From NCBI GenBank assembly GCA_950097015.1, contig CATNEN010000038.1, positions 28,272,001 through 28,336,000 of the forward strand: a stretch of DNA of 64,000 nucleotides. The letters are read 5' to 3'. The DNA comes from Macrostomum hystrix. Lineage: Eukaryota; Animalia; Platyhelminthes. A program made the position numbers and the translations under genes. This document shows positions 50,760-61,655 of the stretch, piece by piece. The notes beneath the pieces are model-generated. The model was given only the letters and a program-made list of their open reading frames with translations, had not been told where the DNA came from and searched no databases. Position 1 is the first letter of the stretch. Every line of letters starts with the position of its first letter.

Positions 50760-51031
50760 GTCTTTTTCATGCCCCAATCCATCTCTGATCGGGCTGTCAG
50801 TTTTCTGCTCAAATTTCTTGCCGCATCTGAAGGCTGCGTACGGCTGTTCAGTCCATGGACTGGGGGACGACACACCAACCTCAATAACCCCATTTAACAG
50901 CTGAGGGAACTGAAGCCACGCAGAGTTAAGTGTCTTGCTAAAGGGCACAAACTGTCCCCGAGGAGTCGAGATTCGAACCCCGACCATTTAAGTCGTGAGT
51001 CTGACGCTCTACTCGCTAGGCTACAACCCCC
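50760..51031 (-). mobile_element. tRNA-derived CORE-like SINE (family A)
   Basis: A/B-box head and TGTGCCCTTTAGCAAGACACTTAACTC..CTTCAGTTCCCTCAGCTGTTAAATGGGG. Confidence 0.85.
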
Positions 51032-51079
51032 TACAAATGAAAATTGAAGGCTTAGAACGACAATAGAACAAGTTGACTC

Positions 51080-51890
51080 CTGAATGAGAAAATGGCATTC
51101 AGCCACTGACATCTGAATGCGAAAATGGCATTCAGCCACTGACATCTGAATGCGAGAATGACATTCAGCCACTGACATCTGAATGCGAAAATGGCATTCA
51201 GCGACTGACATCTAAATGCGAGAATGGCATTAAGCCACTGACATCTAAATGCGAGAATGGCATTAAGCCACTGACACCTGAATGCGAGAATGACATTCAG
51301 CCACTGACATCTGAATACGAGAATGGCATTCAGCCACTGACACCTGAATGCGAGAATGACATTCAGCCACTGACATCTGAATACGAGAATGGCATTCAGC
51401 CACTGACACCTGAATGCGAGAATGGCATTCAGCCACTGACGTCTGAATGCAAAAATGGCATTCAGCCACTGACATCTGAATGCGAGAATGACATTCAGCC
51501 ACTGGCATCTGAATGCGAAAATGGCATTCAGCCACTGACATCTGAATGCGAAAAGGGCATTCAGCCACTGACATCTGAATGCGAGAATGACATTCAGCCA
51601 CTGGCATCTGAATGCGAAAATGGCATTCAGCCACTGGCATCTGAATGCGAAAATGGCATTCAGCCACTGGCATCTGAATGCGAAAATGGCATTCAGCCAC
51701 TGACATCTGAATGCGAAAAGGGCGTTCAGCCACTGACATCTGAATGCGAGAATGACATTCAGCCACTGGCATCTGAATGCGAAAATGGCATTCAGCCACT
51801 GACATCTGAATGTGAGAATGACATTCAGCCACTGACACCTGAATGCGAGAATGACATTCAGCCACTGACATCTGAACGATAAAATGGCAC
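51080..51890. repeat. 33-bp minisatellite
   Basis: Unit CATTCAGCCACTGACATCTGAATGCGAAAATGG. Confidence 0.95.
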
Positions 51891-51908
51891 TCTTAACGTC
51901 GCTTTCAG

Positions 51909-52227
51909 CATCAATCTGACGGATTTCTACCGCCTAAACAACAGCGCCGACAATCCCGTGGCAACGAAGGACTTCATCTGCGCTATCGAAGGCTCCAACG
52001 GTATTCAGACGTGCGCCAACATCAACCCGACCGTTTTGTGGCTCGACGGAGGCAGCTACATCACCTGCAACGAATCGGCGCAGTACTTCAGCGACAATCT
52101 GCCCACTAGCAACAGCTGCATCAACTGGAACCAGTACTACACCAGGTGCCAGCCGGGAGTAGAGAATCCGCACAAGGGAGCCATCAACTTTGACAACATC
52201 GGCTTCGCGTGGGTGGCAATTTTTCAG
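51909..52227 (+). CDS. Cav3: Cav3 exon (domain I turret)
   Basis: CINWNQYYTRC..NPHKGAINFDNIGFAWVAIFQ; GC donor CAG|GCAAGA. Confidence 0.93.
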
Positions 52228-52279
52228 GCAAGATTTTTCCCGTCCGGAGGATGCCAGAAACGGGATGCCATTGTCGGAG

Positions 52280-53130
52280 AAGGGATGTCGTAAACGGGAT
52301 GTCAGTGTTGGGATGTCGGAGATGGGATGTCGGAGATGGGATGTCGTAGATGGGATGTCGTAGATGGGATGTCGGAGATGGGATGTCGTAGATGGGATGT
52401 CGTAGATGGGATGTCGTAGATGGGATGTCGTAGATGGGATGTCGGAGATGGGATGTCGGAGATGGGATGTCGTAGATGGGATGTCGTAGATGGGATGTCG
52501 TAGATGGGATGTCGGAGTTGGGATGTCGGAGTTGGGATGTCGGAGATGGGATGTCGGAGATGGGATGTCGTAGATGGGATGTCGTAGATGGGATGTCGTA
52601 GATGGGATGTCGTAGATGGGATGTCGTAGATGGGATGTCGGAGTTGGGATGTCGGAGTTGGGATGTCGGAGATGGGATGTCGGAGATGGGATGTCGTAGA
52701 TGGGATGTCGTAGATGGGATGTCGTAGATGGGATGTCGGAGTTGGGATGTCGGAGTTGGGATGTCGGAGTTGGGATGTCGGAGTTGGGATGTCGGAAATG
52801 GGATGTCAGAAATGGGATATCGGAAATGGGATGTCGGAAATGGGATCTCGGAAATGGGATGTCGTAGATGGGATGTCGTAGATGGGATGTCGTAGATGGG
52901 ATGTCGGAGTTGGGATTTTAGAGTTGGGGTGTCGAAGATTGGATGTCTTTGACTGGATGTTAAAGATGGGATGTCGGAGTTGGGATGTCGGAAATGGGAT
53001 GTCGTAGATGGGATGTCGTAGATGGGATGTCGTAGATGGGATGTCGGAGTTGGGATTTTAGAGTTGGGTGTCGAAGATTGGATGTCTTTGACTGGATGTT
53101 AAAGATGGGATGTCGGAGTTGGGATGTCGG
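52280..53130. repeat. 14-bp minisatellite
   Basis: Unit GATGGGATGTCGKA. Confidence 0.95.
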
Positions 53131-53464
53131 ACTGTCGGTCATTGAGGCGCTGTGTTCTGAAGTTTGCCTCTAAAATAGTTTTAGTCGTCAGAAACAAGCA
53201 TTGTATAAGGGATGATTTTTTAATAAACACAGTCCTGAAAATCAATCAAGTAAAAACGTGTTTCCTCTGTGAGATTGAAAATGAAGAAAAAATATTATTT
53301 TTTTCCGCGAGGAATTTTCTAAATTGTTAAGCAGAAACATAGGACCCCTCAGAAGTTTTGCGGTAAACTAAAAACTATTTTGGCTAACAAAAAATTATAT
53401 TGCAGCAGTTTTTAAACCTTCATCAAAGTTTTTTATTTTCTAAACAAATATAATATTTTTTCAG

Positions 53465-53557
53465 GTGATCAGCCTCGAAAGCTGGGTAGATATCATGTAC
53501 TATGTACAGGATGCACACTCATTCTGGGACTGGATCTACTTCGTGTTGCTCATTGTG
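53465..53557 (+). CDS. Cav3: Cav3 exon (domain I pore loop)
   Basis: [31 protein letters not shown]; not in the ORF track. Confidence 0.95.
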
Positions 53558-53619
53558 GTGAGAGATTAACATTTTACGGAATATATATTTAAATTTCAGA
53601 TTAAAGAATAACCAAATTT

Positions 53620-54355
53620 TTAGAATGACCACATTCTTAGAATGACCACATTCTTAGAATGACCACATTCTTTAAATGACCACATTCTTAGAATGACCAC
53701 ATTCTTAGAATGACCACATTCTTAGAATGACCACATTTTTAGAATGACCACATTCTTAGAATGACCACATTCTTAGAATGACCACATTCTTAGAATGACC
53801 ACATTCTTAGAATGACCACATTCTTAGAATAACCATATTCTTAGAATGACCACATTCTTAGAATACCATATTCTTAGAATGACCAGATTCTTAAAATGAC
53901 CACATTCTTAGAATGATCCCATTCTTAGAATGACCACATTCTTAGAATGACCACATTTTTAGAATGACCACATTCTTAGAATGACCACATACTAAGAATG
54001 ATCAGACTCTAAGAATGACCAGATTCTAAGAATGACCAGATTCTAAGAATGACAGATTCTTAGAATGACCAGATTCTAAGATGACCACATTCTAAGAACG
54101 ACCAGATTCTAAGAATGACCAGATTCTAAGAATGACCAGGTTCTTAGAATGACCAGATTCTAAGAATGACCAGTTTCTAAGAATGACCAGATTCTAAGAA
54201 TGGCCACATTCTAAGAATTACTAGATTCTAATAATGACCAGATTCTAAGAATCACCAGATTCTAAGAATGACCAGATTCTAAGAATCACCAGATTCTAAG
54301 AATGAACAGGTTCTAAGAATGAACAGGTTCTAAGAATGACCAGGTTCTAAGAATA
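53620..54355. repeat. 17-bp minisatellite
   Basis: Unit TTAGAATGACCACATTC. Confidence 0.92.
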
Positions 54356-54899
54356 GCCCGTAGAATAAACAGATTTACCTGACAGAAATATATTATCACC
54401 GATAATCAATTATTGAAAGATACGACAAAAACTTTGCAGTTGTTGAGAAACCGCCAATTTGCATTGATAAAGAAAGAGTTTGCTTAAGAATGATTATGGC
54501 GAACGAGATTTGCTCTTTGGGATCAAAATATTGAATAATCAGAGACGGGATGAGAGAGTGGGGGATGATTATCAAGCAAGAGTTGGTGAAAGGAAGTTAT
54601 AGATTTTCTTTTTCTATTCCTGTTTACCTGGTCTTTTATACTTCCCAATTTTTGCTTTTTCTTTTTTGCCGAAGATGGGGTTTTAGCAACTATTATTTTT
54701 ATGGATGCGATTATTGACAGGTGAGCTCAGAGATTCTGAGGAAGACAGAGAAAGTATGAGCTGGATTTAAGCCTATCAAAGTACTCACCCACCCAATCAA
54801 AGTACAATCCCACGGGTCGTTGCTTTTCAGCAAGAAATAAGATTCCACAAAGCGAAGACTGGGGCAAATGCAGATTCTTCCTAAGCTAGAAATTTGAAA

Positions 54900-55190
54900 T
54901 CTAGTGACTTGACACAATGGGATCTGGGATCTGGTGACTTGACACAATGGGATCTGGGATCTGGTGACTTGACACAATGGGATCTGGGATCTGGTGACTT
55001 GACACAATGGGATCTGGGATCTGGTGACTTGACACAATGGGATCTGGGATCTGGTGACTTGACACAATGGGATCTGGGATCTGGTGACTTGACACAATGG
55101 GATCTGGGATCTGGTGACTTGACACAATGGGATCTGGGATCTGGTGACTTGACACAATGGGATCTGGTGACTTGACACAATGGGATCTAA
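54900..55190. repeat. 30-bp minisatellite
   Basis: Unit CTGGTGACTTGACACAATGGGATCTGGGAT. Confidence 0.95.
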
Positions 55191-55409
55191 TTGTCACAAT
55201 CGGATCTAATGGACTTAGTGTGATCAGGTATTTAAAAAAATGTTTAAATATAGAATCAATGGATCCAAAACATTAGGATCAGGTCTAAATGTCAGCATTT
55301 AGAATACTTTCTGGCACACCCTCTGATCCAAGAGGCTACCAGCAGAAAAATAACTAAATTTAGGCCCGTGAAACATAAAGCTAAGCGTGTACTTTTCACC
55401 CACCTGAAG

Positions 55410-56040
55410 ATCGGGTCATTCTTCATGATCAACCTCTGCCTGGTGGTCATCGCCACCCAGTTTTCCGAGACGAAGAAGCGCGAAGTTGAAAAGATGCTTC
55501 AAGAGCGTCGCCGAAGGCAATCGCGCTCCAGTCTGGACAGCGACGCGTCGCCTGAGCCATCCTCCTGCTACGGCCAGCTCATTCGCCTGCTGTTGCATCA
55601 GTGCCGACGACTGCAGAGGCAAGTCAGCGCCTGGTATACCGCCCGAAGTGCCAACATCGGCGAAGCGTCAATGCGAGGCTGCGACAGTCGAGGTCGCGCC
55701 TTCGGCCTAGTCAACCGGCTGAGCCAAGATTTGCCAGCTCCAAGGGCCAGTCCAGAGATCTCGGACGCTTTTTCAACGTCTGGACTGACGCCAACGCAGC
55801 CGCTGTCAGTTTATCATCAGCAGCAGCAGTGTCGTCAGCTCGACGCTTCGTCGTCAATCGATTGCGACAGTCGACGATTGTCAGTCTGTGATGCCGGCAG
55901 CGTTGGCGTGTTGCATCGATTGGACACAGGATTCGACGAGGGCTACCAACCGCTAGCTGGTGCGGTGCTGACTGGCCAGCAGCTGACACCGACTGCGCCG
56001 CGTCGAGTGGGCAATGAGATGCGACCCGGATCTGGCAAAG
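55410..56040 (+). CDS. Cav3: Cav3 exon (IS6, gating brake, I-II linker)
   Basis: IGSFFMINLCLVVIATQFSETKKRE..EPSSCYGQLIR..PRASPE; donor AAG|GTTTGA (3' end less certain). Confidence 0.9.
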
Positions 56041-56050
56041 GTTTGAACTT

Positions 56051-56125
56051 AGCCTAGCAGTTGGAGGGTTGGACTTACGTCACGAAGGTCGGGTGTTCGA
56101 TTCCCGAATCCCCTGAAGCAATTAC
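56051..56125 (+). mobile_element. SINE family A head fragment
   Basis: Degenerate tRNA-like head AAGGTCGGGTGTTCGATTCCCG. Confidence 0.5.
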
Positions 56126-56199
56126 TTAGCACAGAATAACATTTTTTGTTGAGAATTATGATTTAAAATGCATTTCGTACTGGTTTGACGACCTTCAAC

Positions 56200-57475
56200 T
56201 AATATCTAACAGGTTAGACTCCCTCCAATCGATATCTAACAGGTTAGACTCCCTCCAATCGATATCTAAGAGGTTAGACCCACTCCAATCGATATCTAAC
56301 AGGTTAGACTCCCTCCAATCAATATCTAACAGGTTAGACCCACACCAATCGATATCTAACAGGTTAGACTCCCTCCAATCGATATCTAACAGGTTAGACT
56401 CACTCCAATCGATATCTAACAGGTTAGACTCCCTCCAATCGATATCTAACAGGTTAGACTCCCTCCAATCGATATCTAACAGGTTAGACTTACTCCAATC
56501 GATATCTAAAAAGTTAGACTCCCTCCAATCGATATCTAACATGTTAGACCCACTCCAATCGATATCTAACAGGTTAGACCCACTCCAATCGATATCTAAC
56601 AGGTTAGACACATTTCAATCGATATCTAACAGGTTAGACCCACTCCAATCGATATCTAACAGGTTAGACACATTTTAATCTATATCTAACAGGTTAGACA
56701 CATTTCAATCGATATCTAACAGGTTAGACACAGTTCAATCGATATCTAACAGGTTAGACACAGTTCAATCGATATCTAACAGGTTAGACACATTTTAATC
56801 GATATCTAACAGGTTAGACACAGTTCAATCGCTATCTAACAGGTTAGACACAGTTCAATCGATATCTAACAGGTTAGACACAGTTCAATCGATATCTAAC
56901 AGGTTAGACACATTTTAATCGATATCTAACAGGTTAGACACATTTTAATCGATATCTAACAGGTTAGACACAGTTCAATCGCTATCTAACAGGTTAGACA
57001 CAGTTCAATCGCTATCTAACAGGTTAGACACAGTTCAATCGATATCTAACAGGTTAGACACAGTTCAATCGATATCTAACAGGTTAGACACATTTTAATC
57101 GATATCTAACAGGTTAGACACAGTTCAATCGATATCTAACAGGTTAGACACAGTTCAATCGATATCTAACAGGTTAGACACAGTTCAATCGATATCTAAC
57201 AGGTTAGACACATTTTAATCGATATCTAACAGGTTAGACACAGTTCAATCGATATCTAACAGGTTAGACACAGTTCAATCGATATCTAACAGGTTAGACA
57301 CAGTTCAATCGATATCTAACAGGTTAGACACATTTCAATCGATTTCTAACAGGTTAGACACAGTTCAATCGATATCTAACAGGTTAGACACAGTTCAATC
57401 GATATCTAACAGGTTAGACACAGTTCAATCGATATCTAACAGGTTAGACACAGTTCAATCGATATCTAACAGGTA
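56200..57475. repeat. 30-bp minisatellite
   Basis: Unit GATATCTAACAGGTTAGACACAGTTCAATC. Confidence 0.95.
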
Positions 57476-57524
57476 AGGCTAACGCTTAGTTTCCAAATTT
57501 CTTACACAACATTTTTTATTTCAG

Positions 57525-57575
57525 ATTTTACTGCTGACTTTGTTGTTAGCAGTTCAAGCGCTTGCGCCATCTGGA
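57525..57575 (+). CDS. Cav3: Cav3 candidate 51-nt optional exon (I-II linker)
   Basis: ttttatttcAG and A|GTAAGT, phase 1-1, open frame DFTADFVVSSSSACAIW. Confidence 0.5.
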
Positions 57576-57864
57576 GTAAGTTAAAAATTTATTTAAAGAG
57601 TAAAAGTGACGCTTTTTAATTAGAATGACTGGGAGGTATTTTAAATAGCCGCATTTTTTTCTGTATCTCCCAAACTATTCAACTAATCTTTATGAAAATC
57701 TAGAACACGGGTTAAAATTATCTCGATAAGAACCTGGTCGAATATGTCGAATATCTCGAAGATTCTAACGTCGGATGGCTCTGAAAGTTCGTTTATCGTT
57801 AATGGCGGAAAAAAGAAAAAATGTGGACTTTCACGAAAATCGGTCATTCGGATTGGGATCGCTA

Positions 57865-58241
57865 GGGAGTCGGTGGCAGAGCGGTTATCGCGTTTGCCTC
57901 TCGCACCACGGTCCCTAAGTTCGATTCCACGGCGAGGCCACATTCGTTTGGGGCGCAGCCGCGGAGAGAAGGCTTGGGGGCTTGTCGTACAATTTACGCC
58001 CTTGAGGGCCAACCCCCAAGGCACAGTGAGTGTGTGCACTGCCTGACGATGAGAAAGTCAGGCCAGATGTACACACCTGTGTGAGCGTGTGCCTGCGTAC
58101 AGTATCTGTGTGCGTGTGTGCTCAGTAGTCAGCGAAATTGGCAGTATTGCCTCCTCGCTGGCTGCGGGTCTAGTGTCACCAAATGATGTGCCACTGCCCG
58201 CAGCCCATCTGTAATTATTATTATTATTCAATTATTCTTAT
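57865..58241 (+). mobile_element. Full-length tRNA-derived SINE (family B) with TSD
   Basis: A box TGGCAGAGCGG, B box GTTCGATTCC, (TTA)n tail, 12-bp TSD TTGGGATCGCTA at 57853-57864 and 58242-58253. Confidence 0.9.
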
Positions 58242-59158
58242 TTGGGATCGCTAACTTATGTTTTACAGATATTTTGTGACTTTTTTAATCTGCTAAAATC
58301 TTCAGATGCTTAACCATGCAGCCATAAATGTTTAACAGCCTAGAATAATTTAAATCCCTTCCATTTAAATTTCCAACTCGACTGCTAGAGGACAGATTTT
58401 AAACAAACTTTAATCCTATATCACTACTAGCTGCATACCCAACCGTGACTTTCAAGTTCCATTTAGTTGCTAGTTGCAGTCCCTGGGCGTTGAAACGGGT
58501 TGGACACTAAACCACAGCCGTTCTCATAGAAGGCACTGCTTACACTAAAGCATAGCACGAGCTTCTAGCAGCTTAAGAAGGGATAGGAATTCTGAGAATT
58601 TCTGGCGGGTTGTCGCTTCTTCATCTCTCATCCATTCTCACAGGCCTATTTCTACCAGATGCGGGTGAGCAAAGAACAGGCCCTATGAATTAATAATTAA
58701 GCAGGCTCCATGCAGTCCTTGGCCAGTCGTTCTCTCTCTTTTCCTCTAAATTTTCTTTCTCGTCATCCACTCTTTCTGCTCGCTTTGTACTATTATGCTG
58801 CGCAGCGCGACTCACAAATCTGGGGCGAAACTCGGAAACTTTGTGAGCATCCGTGCCAAGTCTGACACCATGGAAGTGCGAGTGCTTAAAACCGTTTGAA
58901 AATTGGTCAGACGGACACGCGGACATATAACATGGAAAGATACAGACGAACATTAATTGCAGCTGCGTGGACAGAAGTCATCGGAAAATTGAATGACCCT
59001 GCCTTATAAATACGCGAATCTCGTTCCTTAGGTTCAGCTACTTCTATAAGTAGTCTTGCTGGAAAGTAAACTATTTTTCTTAAAAAGCACGGGTATGATT
59101 TGAATGCATCGCAATCTGGGCCAATTGAGGTCAAACAAAACAAATTAAAACTTTTAAG

Positions 59159-59280
59159 GCATACTAGGAAAGCTGCGATCTATTGTTAAACGCCTGATCA
59201 ATCACAAGATTTTCCAACGCGGCATCCTGCTGGCCATCCTATTCAATACTATGAGCATGGGAATCGAGTATTATGATCAG
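59159..59280 (+). CDS. Cav3: Cav3 exon (IIS1)
   Basis: [26 protein letters not shown]|GTGAGC. Confidence 0.9.
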
Positions 59281-59373
59281 GTGAGCTTACCTAATACCTG
59301 CGCTTTTGTAAATTAGAGTAATCTGTTACACATAATATTGCATACTTTCTCATTTAAAACGTTTAATTTGCAG

Positions 59374-59525
59374 CCAGCACTACTAACAGACATAATAGAA
59401 TACAGCAACGTTGTATTTTGCGTCATTTTCGGCTTGGAGATGCTGTTAAAACTCGTTGGCGACGGATTGGTTGTGTACATTAGCAGCGGATTCAATGTTT
59501 TCGACGCGTCTATAGTTATACTCAG
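59374..59525 (+). CDS. Cav3: Cav3 exon (IIS2-IIS3)
   Basis: PALLTDIIEYSNVVF..LEMLLK..GFNVFDASIVIL. Confidence 0.95.
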
Positions 59526-60044
59526 GTATCTGCATGTTTTTGTTGTATCTTTAAGTTACAAATAATAACATAATTGCACCTCACACTAAAGGTACATTCT
59601 TAAAAACTATTTTTCTGTATAAAAAGTAGAAGCACTGGACAACAAAAAATCTGTCTGTAAAAGTGCGCATCGTAAGGATAAGAGTACGCCTCTGGATAAA
59701 AGTAAATTGCAGTATAAAAGTACATTTAAGTATAAAAGTACATTTCATAATAAAAGTACATTTCGTATAAAAGTACATTTCAGAATAAAAGTACATAGCA
59801 GAATAAATGAACATTTCGTATAAAAGTACATTTTCGTAAAACAACACATCTGTGGAAAAAGTTATGCACTTTTTTGTTAATTTGTAGGTCTCATGTCAAT
59901 AGAAAATCTCAAAAGAAAAATGACATTAAGGTCTCAAGAGAATTTTATATCTCGTAATCAAAAGTTCATATTATTATGTCATCTAATTTCGGAAAAAAGT
60001 TTAATTATCGCACAATTGTTGTGCCCCCAATTAAACTGTCCCAG

Positions 60045-60230
60045 CATCTTCGAGCTAATCCAGGGCGGCAACAGTGGCCTATCAGTGCTGCGCACCTTTC
60101 GCCTATTGCGCATCCTCAAACTGGTCCGTTTTCTGCCTGCACTCAGACAGCAGCTGTTTGTCATGCTAAAAACAATGGACAATGTGGCCACATTCTTTGC
60201 ACTGCTGGTGCTTTTCATTTTCATATTCAG
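60045..60230 (+). CDS. Cav3: Cav3 exon (IIS4-IIS5)
   Basis: [41 protein letters not shown]. Confidence 0.96.
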
Positions 60231-60309
60231 GTAAGATACTAAACTTAATAACGACAGATAATTATTGATTTTGTTCCGAAGCAACTCTAATTGACGAAAC
60301 TCACTCCAG

Positions 60310-60463
60310 CATCCTCGGCATGACACTGTTTGGCGGCAAATTCTGCTGGCACTCAGATGGCAGAACTTGCACCTGCAGCGAGCGAGTCGCCGCCAACACG
60401 GATTGCGTCTGCGATAGAGCCAACTTTGACACCATAATGTGGTCTCTTGTTACCGTTTTTCAG
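60310..60463 (+). CDS. Cav3: Cav3 exon 12-equivalent (domain II turret, penta-cysteine)
   Basis: ILGMTLFGGKFCWHSDGRTCTCSERVAANTDCVCDRANFDTIMWSLVTVFQ. Confidence 0.94.
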
Positions 60464-60593
60464 GTATGACCGTCAATCAGGATGTTATACAGACCTTACA
60501 GATCTGTTCTGTTGCGTTTTTAACAATGTTACATCAGGATGTGAGCTACCAGTAGTTTTGGAGCTTTGTTTAAATGTGATGTAGGTGATGTTT

Positions 60594-60893
60594 ATAATAA
60601 TATTTGCAGGAGGGCTGCGGGCAATGGCACATCATTTGGTGATACTAGACCCGCAGCCAGCGAGGAGGCAATTCTGCCCATTTCGCTGACTCCTGAGCAC
60701 ACACATTCTCACACTTTCTCATCGTCAGGCAGTGTACACTCTCACTGTGCCTTGGAGGTTGGCCCTCAAGGACGTAAACTGCACGAAAAACCCCTGAGCC
60801 TTCTCTCCGCGGCTGCGCCCCAAATAAATGTGGCCTCGCCTCTCGGACCTCGGTGCGAGAGGCAAACGCGTTAAACGCTCTGTCGCTGACCCC
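60594..60893 (-). mobile_element. SINE family B copy, inverted, with an internal deletion
   Basis: Reverse complement of 57865-58230, including the tRNA-like head and TTA tail. Confidence 0.85.
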
Positions 60894-60981
60894 AGGATGG
60901 GATGTTTTAGAACGTTTGTTACAATGTACTATTAGGATGAGAGATTGTTTCAGAGGGTTATTATCGCACGTCTACTTACAG

Positions 60982-61137
60982 GTGCTGACACAGGAGGACT
61001 GGAACACAGTGCTGTACAATGGCATGTCTCGCACTTCGCCGTGGGCCGCCCTATACTTCATAGCTCTGATGACATTTGGCAATTATGTTCTGTTTAATCT
61101 ACTCGTTGCCATTCTTGTCGAAGGATTTTCAAGCGAG
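60982..61137 (+). CDS. Cav3: Cav3 exon (domain II pore, IIS6)
   Basis: [35 protein letters not shown]; GC donor GAG|GCAAGT. Confidence 0.95.
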
Positions 61138-61366
61138 GCAAGTCATTTAGCTCATGATTTGTTAAATACTCGTACATTTCCTTTTTATCCTAATTAAAAT
61201 CGGCTATTAAAACAGTAAATATTTGTTAGTTTAACATTTTACTAACATAAATATAAACATAACCTGTAAACTTTCCACCATTATATGCCTAATCTAGTAA
61301 TCATTTTGCCCCGGACTTAAGCTTCTAACGACCGGGCTGTTAATCAGGAGTTAGTAAACATTACTA

Positions 61367-61655
61367 GGGGGTTGTAGCCAAGTGGTCAGAGCGTCCGACT
61401 CATGACTCAAAGGTCGGTGGTTCGATTCCCGAGTGCTCAGAAATTATTTTTGTCCTTTAGCAAGACACTTAACTCGGCATTGCTTTAGTTCCCTTATGTG
61501 CAAAATTGGTATTTGCATTGGCTGGGATAATTGAGGGTTTGGGTGTGGCGTCCCAGTCCATGGACTGAACAGCCGTACGCAGCCTTCAGATGCGCCGCGC
61601 AATAGCTTTGGCTGCGCTGTCGGCTGAACATCTGGCCTAATGGACGCCAATAAGA
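61367..61655 (+). mobile_element. tRNA-derived CORE-like SINE (family A)
   Basis: GGGGGTTGTAGCCAAGTGG..GGTTCGATTCCC head, TGTCCTTTAGCAAGACACTTAACTC core, shared GTCCATGGACTGAACAGCCGTACGCAGCC. Confidence 0.85.

Noticed and set aside
58041-58063. CTGACGA..GAAA hammerhead-like words in the SINE
   Set aside because: No helix II between them; the sequence is a plain GCCTGAC/GTCAGGC hairpin
58148-58206. GCCTCCTCGCTGGC, matching the HDV ribozyme P3/L3, in SINE family B
   Set aside because: No convincing upstream P1, no GG for P1.1 and no P4-C-GAA-P2; the following strand pairs downstream as a simple hairpin
59526-59533. GTATCTGC donor as a second U12 intron
   Set aside because: Lacks RTATCCTT and a CCTTAAC branch site; treated as U2
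57865-61440. tRNA genes
   Set aside because: A/B boxes are SINE heads; no complete cloverleaf, and they continue into repeated SINE bodies
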